IMG/VR virus record: IMGVR_UViG_3300045988_145861
Location: 1-39,456 of that record
Source: a virus
Direction: 5' to 3' (one strand)
DNA: 39,456 bases
Shown: one piece after another, positions 15,601-23,609 of the stretch
Layout of the letters: every line of letters starts with the position of its first letter
Numbering within the stretch: position 1 is the stretch's first letter
Program-made: the position numbers and the translations under genes
The notes under the pieces: model-generated
The model's input: the letters and a program-made list of their open reading frames with translations, nothing else
Told to the model about the DNA's origin: nothing
Databases searched by the model: none

Positions 15601-15991
15601 CCGTGTCGGCGCCAGCCTGAATCGCAGCCTCACGGAGCAGGTGCATGTTTTCGGCGGACTCATGCGTCGCGGCCTGCACGTTGCTCATGGCCGCGTCGAA
15701 GTCCGCGAAACTCTTAACGACGTATCCGGCGGCGGCAGCCGCGGCGACACCGTACCCGACCATGGCTGTTGAGGCGGTGTCCCATGCGGCGCGCTGTAGC
15801 TGGGCGGACTGCGCGAGGCGGCCCATGGTGGTCTCGGCGACCTTGCCGGTCGGATCACCCTTGGCGGCGAGCTGCTCCAGGCTCGTCGCGGCGGACTTGA
15901 TCTGCCGGTTGAAATCGGCGACGTTGGCGCGCAGTGTGACCTTGACGCTGCGTTCGGTCATGGTTGTCCTTTCTGCGCACCAACGCGCCAA
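12674..15991 (-). CDS. Tail tape measure protein (1105 aa)
   Basis: Size, Ala/Gly-rich helical and TM-like composition, and position just after the G/T chaperone pair. Confidence 0.9.
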   Translation of the reverse strand: MARWCAERTTMTERSVKVTLRANVADFNRQIKSAATSLEQLAAKGDPTGKVAETTMGRLAQSAQLQRAAWDTASTAMVGYGVAAAAAAGYVVKSFADFDAAMSNVQAATHESAENMHLLREAAIQAGADTAFSASEAAGAIEELAKAGVSTADILNGGLKGSLDLAAAGGLGVADAAGIASVALTQFKLSGSDVGHVADLLAAGAGKAMGDVSDLGMALKQAGLVASQTGLSIEETTGALASFAAAGLLGSDAGTSFKTMLLNMTPQSKQAAKYMEELGIHAYDAQGQFVGLAAYAGQLHDSLSKLTAEDRQAALKKMFGQDAIRAASILYEQGAEGIQSWIDKVNDAGYAAETAEARMDNLKGDIEKLGGSFETLFIKSGSGANSFLRSIVQGAEQAVNAFSALPAPVQQGALGLAAFTSAAALAAGGGMKLFTMVMDIRTAMQSLNGAIPFLTRIMDGFSGMRGGLTETRAAIGGFGNAWVTARANGVSNVRALSQAATPALAGIGNAAKGAGSALLGAFGGPWGLAATAAVVGLTAVLGDYQAQQARASAAAKEYAESLNSVTGAATESTRAIALRNLSEDDSGFWRLFDSKRAKSAADAYKQLGGDINDLVDAAAGSSDAMERVNRTLTAAHDAAKTSPAKTKEYLELSNQVKESLNSESEALTKAKEQNDLAAEAGVKNSSAQDQLAGAANKAAKAMEDQAKATHDLIDAQKTLQDIILGERGSWRDLYDAIDSANAAAEKNGQTLDITTAAGRANQAALDDLAQSGWKLVESMEKNGSTMEDMQAAMQLTRDNFISVAQSMGLSSDEAAALADQLNLIPTNIESHVTAETEAANASVDAFIAYVQAQNGGTITINAVNDSAITTILETLGYAQNQDGTIDIDANKDPAIAQLVAAVGEVDAATGTVTIDGNNEEANAKLDAIKAEIDGYNPYVNINANDYVSSVMNNIKATWDGQTWYVNVVGSYTQSGGPSAQADGSVLSFYAGGGFHREQHVAQIAPAGAWRVWAEPETGGEGYIPLAKAKRKRSEAILAQIADIFGGTYIPGAASPYATGGVPGGSGTGLSGASIHVTALVTNPWTGEETRAFARTEAVKVVRSVQ

Positions 15992-16016
15992 TCCACCAGG
16001 GGCGCGTTACCCCTTT

Positions 16017-16349
16017 TTATTCCTCGATTCCAGTGAATACCACGCGAGGCACCATGCCTGGCGACGGCCCGTTTTTGTTGCGTTTACGCCAAATATCCAA
16101 CGCAAGCTGAGCGTTATCTTGGCACTCTTCAACTTCAAAGTACCCCTCATAATCGCCTTCTGTGAGGCGACGAGGGTACCCGTACGATCCGACGCGGGTG
16201 TCCTCGTACATGTCGAGCGCGCCCGCGAGGGCACGGTCGGTGTCGCACCACCCGTCGCCTGGGATGCCCAGGAACTCAGTCGGTCGCGCCCCCCACTTCT
16301 TCGCGCTTCGGAGCGCCCGGACCAGCCACGCGCCTGCTGGCCGGTCCAA
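16017..16349 (-). CDS. Tail assembly chaperone, T-type extension, probably made by a -1 frameshift from the upstream G ORF
   Basis: The frame is -1 relative to 16358..16885 and stays open across the G stop. Classic position upstream of the tape measure. Confidence 0.6.
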   Translation of the reverse strand: MDRPAGAWLVRALRSAKKWGARPTEFLGIPGDGWCDTDRALAGALDMYEDTRVGSYGYPRRLTEGDYEGYFEVEECQDNAQLALDIWRKRNKNGPSPGMVPRVVFTGIEE

Positions 16350-16357
16350 GCACTCCG

Positions 16358-16885
16358 TCAGGAAGGGACCGAGATACGCGGGGCCTGCGTATTGACGGCG
16401 GCGACGGCCTGCAGCAGGGCGACAACCTGCGGTTCGACGCGGTCGCGCAGGGTCGCGAGCATGGCCGGTGTGACGCCTTCGGGCGCGATAATCTGCGCGG
16501 CGAGCTGCTCCAGGGTCGTTTCGTCACTGTCCAGGCCACGATCTTCACAGTCCTTGCGGAAACGCTGCACCCAATCGGCTGACCGGCCTTGCACGGTGAT
16601 GTCGAGGGCAGACGCTCGGATCTGGTTGGCAACGGTGCGCATCTTGTCCTTGGCGGCGCGCATGTCGTCGACGTTCACGGCGGCCTTGGCCTCGTTGTAT
16701 TCCGATTCAAGGGCGGACAGGACCGCGAACAGGTGGCCGTGAGCGTACACGGTCACCGTGCGTTCCACGGGGGTGACGCCTGCGATCCAGGCGGCGAGGT
16801 CGAACGTCTCGGGCGTGACGGTCTCGTCGGGGTTGGTGTGCGTGATGTTGAGGTCGCTCATGCTGAGTTCATCGTTGGCTGCCAT
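16358..16885 (-). CDS. Tail assembly chaperone (G-type)
   Basis: Acidic 175-aa protein between the major tail protein and the tape measure. Confidence 0.7.
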   Translation of the reverse strand: MAANDELSMSDLNITHTNPDETVTPETFDLAAWIAGVTPVERTVTVYAHGHLFAVLSALESEYNEAKAAVNVDDMRAAKDKMRTVANQIRASALDITVQGRSADWVQRFRKDCEDRGLDSDETTLEQLAAQIIAPEGVTPAMLATLRDRVEPQVVALLQAVAAVNTQAPRISVPS

Positions 16886-17002
16886 GCCATGCTCCTATGT
16901 GTAGCTGTGGGGGTCTGGGCTGCCGTTGGTGGGTGTGCCCGCCCGGCAGGTCTGGCAGCCCATTACGGAACCTGCCGGGCGGGAGATAAGCGGGGAGGAG
17001 GA

Positions 17003-17527
17003 TCAGGCGGGCAGCAGGGCAACCACCTTGACCTCTTCCGCTGCGTTCATGACGTTCAGCTTCGCCGTCCTCTTGATATACCCAGCGAAGCGGTCGGACG
17101 GCTTGGTCGGCGTGCCGAGGACAACCTCGTACACGGACACGATGTCGCCTTCGGCGATGTTCTTAGACTCGACGGGGCCTTCGCGTTCCACAAGCCAGAT
17201 CGTGGTCCCCTTCTTCTTGATGAGGTCCCATACGAAGTCCTCGGACGGGTCGGGCTGACCATTGTCGTCGAGGTAGCGGAACACAGTGAGGTTTCCGGTA
17301 TAGGACGTGGGGCCGGGGGCCTTGCCCTCGCCGGTCTTGCACATTTCCTGCTCCGTAATTTCGGAGTCGGAGTCAGCGCCGAGCGCATAATCCGACTTCA
17401 TAATGTGGCAAGAAATCTTCTTGCCAGCATTAATTTCCGAAACAGACGGCGTCGCGATATTCTGCGGCTTCGCGGTGAGCGCCCACAGGGCGATGCGACC
17501 ATCCGCCAGGGTTTTTGCCCCTGTCAT
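17003..17527 (-). CDS. Major tail protein
   Basis: 174 aa, positioned after the head-tail connector set and before the chaperones. Confidence 0.7.
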   Translation of the reverse strand: MTGAKTLADGRIALWALTAKPQNIATPSVSEINAGKKISCHIMKSDYALGADSDSEITEQEMCKTGEGKAPGPTSYTGNLTVFRYLDDNGQPDPSEDFVWDLIKKKGTTIWLVEREGPVESKNIAEGDIVSVYEVVLGTPTKPSDRFAGYIKRTAKLNVMNAAEEVKVVALLPA

Positions 17528-17529
17528 GG

Positions 17530-17730
17530 TTAGTCTCCTTCAGTAGGGGTGTCGGTGGTGTCGTCCCCACTGTCGGGGACATCGTGGGGTTCCTCCTGAC
17601 CGCAACACAGGGGTTCGCGGGCATCAGGGGGCGGGGTGAGCGTCCAGTCCTCACCCCAGACCGGGTGCCCAATCCAGTGCTCGGGGATGTCCTGAAAAAC
17701 ACGGGATCGGGTGTTGTAAGCGGTGACCAT
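17530..17730 (-). CDS. Hypothetical acidic protein (66 aa)
   Basis: Track ORF tightly packed between the tail terminator and the major tail gene. Confidence 0.45.
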   Translation of the reverse strand: MVTAYNTRSRVFQDIPEHWIGHPVWGEDWTLTPPPDAREPLCCGQEEPHDVPDSGDDTTDTPTEGD

Positions 17731-18165
17731 TCAGGCCTCCTTCATGGGTGTGGCGCGGGCGCGCAGGGTGATCGTGCAGTATCGAGGCGCGCGGTTCGCA
17801 GGCGCGCCGACCGTGCTGTTATCGGCACGCACGTCCGTCACGCCGACGTGCGCGAGCGGAAAGCAACGCCACCCCTCGACGGCGGGCGCCCAGCCGCACA
17901 GCCGCGCCGCCACGCCGTCCGCGAGCGCGAGGACGTTCACGGTCGTCGCGGCGACAATCTGCACGTGCAGGCGTACGTCGACGTCGCCGCCGCAGCCGCT
18001 CATGGCCTCGGACGCGGCCAGGGTGGGCGGTCCCCACACGAAAACGAACGGCATGCCAGGGTTGGCGGGCGGGTCTCCGACGAACGCTTTGACAGGCACG
18101 TCCGTCGACGTGAGGCCGTTGAGGCGTTCGCGCATCTGGGTCATGATGGTGAGTGTCAGCCCCAT
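17731..18165 (-). CDS. Tail terminator / tail completion protein (positional)
   Basis: 144 aa, between the HK97 gp10-like gene and the major tail gene. Confidence 0.5.
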   Translation of the reverse strand: MGLTLTIMTQMRERLNGLTSTDVPVKAFVGDPPANPGMPFVFVWGPPTLAASEAMSGCGGDVDVRLHVQIVAATTVNVLALADGVAARLCGWAPAVEGWRCFPLAHVGVTDVRADNSTVGAPANRAPRYCTITLRARATPMKEA

Positions 18166-18545
18166 AGGTCCTCCACAATTTCGGCGACTGCCTTCTGAAA
18201 CGCCTCTGACTCCTCGTTCAGGGCCTCGATGGGGTCGCGGGTGTGGCCGCCGCCCCTCGATGTACCGAAGTACGCGATGTTCGCCAGCGCGCCGCTCGGC
18301 TTGTCGGGGCCGATTTCCGCTTCGACGGTCGTGCCGGTGTCGGTGAGGTCGTAGGAGATGGACCGCGCGACGTGGCGGATACCAGCGTTTCCCGACTGCT
18401 CGAGATCCTGCTGCATGGCGCGCTTGATGTTCAGCGCGCCTCTGCTGATGGCAGGCCGTAGCCAGCGGGACAGTTCGCCGGGCATCCTGGTCGCGTCGGC
18501 GGCGATCTGCCTGACCTCGCTTGTGTCAATCTCGATACCAGTCAC
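18156..18545 (-). CDS. HK97 gp10-family neck / tail-completion protein
   Basis: ...GALANIAYFGTSRGGGHTRDP... resembles the gp10-family motif (EFGT). Position is consistent. Confidence 0.6.
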   Translation of the reverse strand: MTGIEIDTSEVRQIAADATRMPGELSRWLRPAISRGALNIKRAMQQDLEQSGNAGIRHVARSISYDLTDTGTTVEAEIGPDKPSGALANIAYFGTSRGGGHTRDPIEALNEESEAFQKAVAEIVEDLWG

Positions 18546-18925
18546 AGGAGATCGTCCCCGTTGGTCTCGACGTCCACCTGGAAACGCCGCGAGGTGACGT
18601 GTGTCTTATCGAACAGGCCCGTAACGCGAAACACGCTCAGGTAGCCTGCGACACGGATCAGGTCGCCGACCCTTACGGCGCCCACGTGGTGCGGGAGGTG
18701 AATCGAGTACCGCTGCAGGGTGACGAGGGCACCGGCAGCGTTCGCCGCGGTCTCGTGCGCCTCGTACGTTTGCACCTTGCACGGGCCCGACCATACAAAC
18801 TTTTCGGTGACCTGGTCGAGGCCGTCGGGGCCTACTGTGACGGTCGGACGGGTGACGGTCGCCCGGTCGATCATGAGGGCTTCTGCCGCCCTGCGGCCCG
18901 CGATTACGGCGGTGCGCGCGCTCAT
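18542..18925 (-). CDS. Head-tail adaptor / head closure protein (127 aa)
   Basis: The ATG at 18925 overlaps the upstream stop (ATGA). The pattern DRATV..P....D..G......W.G.C.VQ resembles head-tail joining proteins. Confidence 0.55.
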   Translation of the reverse strand: MSARTAVIAGRRAAEALMIDRATVTRPTVTVGPDGLDQVTEKFVWSGPCKVQTYEAHETAANAAGALVTLQRYSIHLPHHVGAVRVGDLIRVAGYLSVFRVTGLFDKTHVTSRRFQVDVETNGDDLL

Positions 18926-19329
18926 GCCCAACCACCCGCCGGCGTCGCGTCCGCCTCGCGACCCCCAAACCAAGGCGCGGGGGCCAGAACCGGCATGTAT
19001 GCGCCCGACGTTGACCCATCCTGAGACAGGCGCGCCCACTCGTCGGCGGTGAGGGTCAGCTCCACTGCGCTCGCGGCGGCGTCCAGCGTGTAGCTGTAGT
19101 CATCGATCCGCTCATTCCGCTTGCCGTCAGGGTTGCGTACACGGCGGGCCACGACCTCAGAGATGACGTCGGCGAGGATCTGACGATCAAGCGCGGCCAG
19201 GTCTCCGAGGCGGGCACTGATGATGCGCTCCGTCTTGGCGACCCAGTTGAGGATCTGCGCCTGTTCGTCCGGGTCTGTGATGGGGCGGCCCAGGGTGACC
19301 GCCACGTCAATTACTGTCGCGTAGGCCAC
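18922..19329 (-). CDS. Head-tail connector (gp6-like)
   Basis: N-terminus MAYATVIDVAVTLGRPITDPDEQAQILNWV is typical of gp6-like connectors. First gene after the capsid gene. Confidence 0.6.
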   Translation of the reverse strand: MAYATVIDVAVTLGRPITDPDEQAQILNWVAKTERIISARLGDLAALDRQILADVISEVVARRVRNPDGKRNERIDDYSYTLDAAASAVELTLTADEWARLSQDGSTSGAYMPVLAPAPWFGGREADATPAGGWA

Positions 19330-19455
19330 GCGGCCCCCCTATCAATTGTCAGCGGTGGCGGGTTGCCCGGCGGGGCCACGTCGCACGTACCCGAGGCGCT
19401 CCCACAGGGGGAGTTGGCTCGCGGGCACGGCGACGTGGTCGCCCGTCGGGCTTGT

Positions 19456-19482
19456 CAAGTGAACGACTAGTGCGTTCACTTG
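19456..19482 (-). terminator. Hairpin overlapping the capsid stop codon (10-bp stem CAAGTGAACG / CGTTCACTTG)
   Basis: Read directly. Possible attenuator after the highly expressed capsid gene. Confidence 0.4.
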
Positions 19483-20387
19483 CGCGTGAGCTTGACGAAC
19501 GCGTCCTTGTCAGCGACCGCGAAGCCGTACTCGGCCTCGGCGCGGATCGCAACAAGGTTGTTTTCAAACAGCGAGACAAGCTCACCGTTGATTGTGACGG
19601 CGGCTTCCGTGGAGATGTCCATGGTGATGCCGCCGACCGTGCCCCAGGCTGCCTTGGTCCAGTCGCCGGTGAAGCCGACGGTCTTGTCAAGACCCACGTT
19701 CTCGTGCAGGTAAGTGGTGCGACCGAGGAGAGAACCCGAGCGCAGGGCGGGCACGGCTCCGGTGTAGGCGGCCTCAGCGAACAGCGGGCGACCCGCCGTG
19801 TCCTTCGCGTTGAGAAGGTCGATCTCGAACCCCGTGTCAAGGGCGAAACCGTTGACCGGCTTCTTGGGAGTTCCCTGCAGGTTGAGGGCCATTGCCTTCA
19901 CGATGTCATCGTAGGTATTGGCCCCGGCGGTGGCTCCCAGGGTCAGGGTCTTGGTCGCGACTGCGAGGGTGGTGTCGAACGGCGACGTACCAGACCCGTC
20001 GCCGCCCTTATTGTGAAAGACTGCCAGGTCGAACGCTCGAGCGAACGCGTCGGCGAGGAGGGCCTGCAGGGTCTCCGAATATCCGCCGGGATTGGCGCGA
20101 ATGACCTCCTGGGAGGCCACTGCGATGGCGGTGAGCTTCTTGGGTTCCATTTTCACCAGGCCAATGCCGGCCTCGGTGGTGTGCTTCTTGGCTCCCTCAG
20201 CGGTCCAGTTCGCGGTGGGCTTGCTGGTGACGATGGGGAAGGCCTGGCCAGATGCGCCAAGCGGAACCTTCTTGATGAGGGACATAGCTGCCGAGCCCTT
20301 GGCGGCCTCGTCGAAAATGGGGCCGGCCAATTCCGGCTTAATAAAGCCGTTAAAGTCGGCCAGCTTCTTTGCGGCAGTGATTGCCAT
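19476..20387 (-). CDS. Major capsid protein (HK97 fold)
   Basis: 303 aa directly after the scaffold gene. Composition and position are typical. Confidence 0.85.
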   Translation of the reverse strand: MAITAAKKLADFNGFIKPELAGPIFDEAAKGSAAMSLIKKVPLGASGQAFPIVTSKPTANWTAEGAKKHTTEAGIGLVKMEPKKLTAIAVASQEVIRANPGGYSETLQALLADAFARAFDLAVFHNKGGDGSGTSPFDTTLAVATKTLTLGATAGANTYDDIVKAMALNLQGTPKKPVNGFALDTGFEIDLLNAKDTAGRPLFAEAAYTGAVPALRSGSLLGRTTYLHENVGLDKTVGFTGDWTKAAWGTVGGITMDISTEAAVTINGELVSLFENNLVAIRAEAEYGFAVADKDAFVKLTRK

Positions 20388-20439
20388 GGGGTGCTCCCTT
20401 CGAGCGTGAGATGTGGGGTGGGTGTGGGCTGCTCAGATG

Positions 20440-20949
20440 TCAGCGCCCGCCGACGGCCTCGATCAACATCGCCGTCAACGCGTCAACTGTGGTCGCCGGT
20501 TCGGGCGTGCCGCCCTGCGACGGGTCTGGACGCATAGCCAGCGGCGCTGGCGCCGCGTCAGAGGCCGGGGCCGGCGCGGGAATCGCGGCCAGGAGCTTTT
20601 CGGCGGACGCCGTGAGCTCCTCAGCGGTGCTGCCCTGCAGGAAGTCAGCGAGCGCGTCAGGCACGGCCTTGTCGTGGATGACCTGCAGGCGGGCGAGCTG
20701 GGTTTGCAGGTCGGTGACCTGCGTCGTGGCCTGCTCCGCTGCCGTAGTGGCAGCGGTTTTGGTCTCCTCGAGGCTGACGGTCAGAGCCGCGACCTGTGCT
20801 TCGAGGTCCTTGACGCGCGCGTCGGCGGCCTTGCGGGCATCGCGTTCGGCGCGCAAGGCCTTGACGCCGCCCGCGTTGAGGGTCTCCTCATCGGCGGGCG
20901 CGTTGGCGTTGGTGTCCGGCGTCTGATCGGGCGTGGTTTCGGTGGGCAT
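20440..20949 (-). CDS. Capsid scaffolding protein
   Basis: Acidic Ala/Glu/Thr-rich coiled coil (KALRAERDARKAADARVKDLEAQVAAL) immediately upstream of the capsid gene. Confidence 0.8.
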   Translation of the reverse strand: MPTETTPDQTPDTNANAPADEETLNAGGVKALRAERDARKAADARVKDLEAQVAALTVSLEETKTAATTAAEQATTQVTDLQTQLARLQVIHDKAVPDALADFLQGSTAEELTASAEKLLAAIPAPAPASDAAPAPLAMRPDPSQGGTPEPATTVDALTAMLIEAVGGR

Positions 20950-21012
20950 GGGTTTCCTTTCTCGAATCGCTCGAGGGGGCCGCCCGCGCCGTCGCGGCGC
21001 GAGTCGGGGGCT

Positions 21013-22245
21013 TTAGTGGGAGGCGCGCAGGAGGGCGCGCATCCGGGTCAGTTCGCCGCCTGTCGCGGTGGCCGCGTAGTAGCGGGCCTCGACTTCGGCG
21101 GCGATCTGCGGGGTGAGGGGGTAGTCAGCGCCGCCGATGCGGGCGCCGCCGTGGCGCTCCTGAGCGGCGGGTGTCCACGGGTTGAGGCCGTTTTGCACGT
21201 CCTGCCAGTCGCGGGTCGCTATCGCGACACGGCGTTCGGCTGCGGTCATACGTCGGCCCTCATAGGTGGCCTCGTATTGTCCGCGCAGTGCGCCGCCGCT
21301 GACCTGCCCGCGCCCGGTGATGTATCCCTGGGCGCGCAGGGCCTCAACGGCCTGCTCACGGTTGGGGTTCAGCCGGTAGATCGTCTCTGGCGTCATGCGG
21401 CGCTGGCCCTTGCGTAGGATCTGGCCCGCCCACCCGTGGCGGCTGGTGCCCTCCGAGGTGAACGCGCCTCTGTATTTCATTCCGCGGCGGGCGTTCACGA
21501 CCTGGTACATGTCGGCTCCGTCGCGGATCGCGCGGGCGCCCGCGTTCGTGAATATCCTGTTCTGCTCGGCCTCACTCATACGGTTGAAAGCCTCATAAGG
21601 GTCGTCGATGAGACCGCGCGCGAACGCTTCGGCCTGGTCCGTGACCATGGTCGGAACGTGCGTACAGTCGCACCGGGGATGCCGCAAAAACCCTTGATTC
21701 CAGCGGTAAAAGCGGCCTGCGAGGATCACGCACCGTGAACATGACGGGGGGTTCAGCATCCGCACGTACCCGACGCGGGGCCGGGCTGCGATCTGCACGC
21801 CAGCCGCGCCCCTGCCCGCGTCCGCGACCTCGGTGAGGACCATCATCGATAGCTGACGGCCCCCAGCCGCGAGCGCCTGGGCGGGTTCCATTCCGCCGGC
21901 TATGAGTGTGCGGGTGGTGATGGCGGGGCCGCGTAGGAGGGTGTCGAGGGGGCGTCCGTCGGCTGCGAGGCCTGCGAAGGCGTCGGGGTCGACGAGGCCG
22001 TCGGGCGGGGCCCATTGGCCTTGTTCAGCGAGGGCTAGGGCGCCGCTGACGAGGGCGCTGGTCGCCGCCGTGCGTTGTGCGGTGGTGATCGCCGCTGTGA
22101 CGGTGGGGATGCGCTCGGCCCACGCGTCGGCGATCCAGTTGGGGCCGAGGCGGCGCCAGTGGCGTGTCGCGACGGCGAGCGCGCGTGCCTCCTGCTGGCG
22201 GACCAGCGCGTAGTGGTGTTCAATCGCGGGCGGAATCGATGCCAT
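21013..22245 (-). CDS. MuF-like / SPP1 gp7-like minor capsid (head morphogenesis) protein
   Basis: PPSCSRCVILAGRFYRWNQGFLRHPRCDCTHVP Cys/His motif. Directly downstream of the portal gene. Confidence 0.75.
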   Translation of the reverse strand: MASIPPAIEHHYALVRQQEARALAVATRHWRRLGPNWIADAWAERIPTVTAAITTAQRTAATSALVSGALALAEQGQWAPPDGLVDPDAFAGLAADGRPLDTLLRGPAITTRTLIAGGMEPAQALAAGGRQLSMMVLTEVADAGRGAAGVQIAARPRVGYVRMLNPPSCSRCVILAGRFYRWNQGFLRHPRCDCTHVPTMVTDQAEAFARGLIDDPYEAFNRMSEAEQNRIFTNAGARAIRDGADMYQVVNARRGMKYRGAFTSEGTSRHGWAGQILRKGQRRMTPETIYRLNPNREQAVEALRAQGYITGRGQVSGGALRGQYEATYEGRRMTAAERRVAIATRDWQDVQNGLNPWTPAAQERHGGARIGGADYPLTPQIAAEVEARYYAATATGGELTRMRALLRASH

Positions 22246-23599
22246 GGGCGGCGTTCAGGTCGTCGTCGGTCAGCGTGGGGGTGGTCTTTTCCAGGAGCCG
22301 AAGCAGGTCCGGGTCGGTTTCCTCCTCGCGCAGGTAGGCACGCTCCGTTGCCTTCCTAGCGTCGTCCCAGCCGAGCTCGTCCCACGCGCCCTCGCGGCTG
22401 ATGAGGGGCTTTCCGCCCGCAAGCTTCTGCAGGGCGTCAGCCTTCTGGCTGAACGTGGGGGTTGCTGGGTCGTGCCAGGCGACGTTCACAGCGCCCATGG
22501 GGATTGCGTGTCCCATGATGCGGGCGGCAATCGTGAGCGCGCGGGAGAGGGCGGCCCCGCACTCGGCGTTGACACGCTCCACCCGTTTCACCAGCTTGGA
22601 CTCTTCGGCGCGGATCGCGCCCTCAGCGGGCGGGTTCGTCGTGATGAGGCCGAAATACCGGGCGGGGAAGCCGGTCAGGGACGCGGCGAGCTTCCCGTAC
22701 AGTTCGATGGTGCTGTGGAAGTTGCTGAGCTCGCCGGGGGCAAGTTGGGTGACCTTCGCGCCCGCGTTCTGCAACGCAACAAACGGGTTCAGGTAGTTCG
22801 TCCAGGCGCTGGGGTCGGCGAAGTCACTGCGCTTGGCGCCCATGATGATGCGCTTGGGCACTGCGTTTGTTTCCAACGCGGCCTGCATCTGGGTGACGGC
22901 GCGGGCGGCGGCGTCCGTGACGCCCATGATGTCGTCCATCTCGCTGTGCCCGGTCGTCTCGCCCGTCATTTGACGGTTGAAGGACGGGATGACGGGGACT
23001 ACGCCGAGGTGGTGGTTGTCGCGGTCGACGACGCGCCACGCGCCGCCCACCGTCGCATAGGTGGTGGTCGTGTCGGGCGTGTAGATCGTCGCGTACCGTG
23101 TCTGCGTGCCGTCTGCTGCCTGGTCGGCCACGATGCGCACAGCGTGGGTTATGGTCTTGCGGCGGTAGTCGTACTTAACGGTCATCTGTCGTGGGGATTC
23201 CACGCAGATTATCGGGTAGTCGCCCTCCTGGTCGCCGACGCCGACGGACAGGTACGCCCGCCCGTAGATGAGCCTGTCGCGCTTCCATTTACACAGCTCG
23301 GCGGCGAGATCGTTCGCGTCGATCATGGCGCGAAGAGCATCAGCGGCTTCGGGATGCGACGGGACCATGATGCCGCGCACGTCTTGCCGCTCTTCAATTG
23401 TGTCGACCACGACGCGCGGCCAGTTGACGACGGTCTCGAGCGAGCGCAGGGCTGGGGGCAGGGCCAGGCCGAGGTGCTGCAGGGTCTGACGGCCCTCGTA
23501 ATAGGCGCGATGCTTGCGGTCTGCCGGGGCCAGAGCGTTGAGGGCGTTCTCAGCGTCGGCGAGCAGGCGCGCCTCGTCGCGGGTGATCTGGTCAGTCAT
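22220..23599 (-). CDS. Portal protein (459 aa from ATG 23599)
   Basis: Follows TerL. AAGGA lies upstream of ATG 23599, whereas the track start 23662 overlaps terL. Size and position are typical. Confidence 0.85.
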   Translation of the reverse strand: MTDQITRDEARLLADAENALNALAPADRKHRAYYEGRQTLQHLGLALPPALRSLETVVNWPRVVVDTIEERQDVRGIMVPSHPEAADALRAMIDANDLAAELCKWKRDRLIYGRAYLSVGVGDQEGDYPIICVESPRQMTVKYDYRRKTITHAVRIVADQAADGTQTRYATIYTPDTTTTYATVGGAWRVVDRDNHHLGVVPVIPSFNRQMTGETTGHSEMDDIMGVTDAAARAVTQMQAALETNAVPKRIIMGAKRSDFADPSAWTNYLNPFVALQNAGAKVTQLAPGELSNFHSTIELYGKLAASLTGFPARYFGLITTNPPAEGAIRAEESKLVKRVERVNAECGAALSRALTIAARIMGHAIPMGAVNVAWHDPATPTFSQKADALQKLAGGKPLISREGAWDELGWDDARKATERAYLREEETDPDLLRLLEKTTPTLTDDDLNAAHGIDSARD

Positions 23600-23609
23600 G
23601 TCGTGTCCT

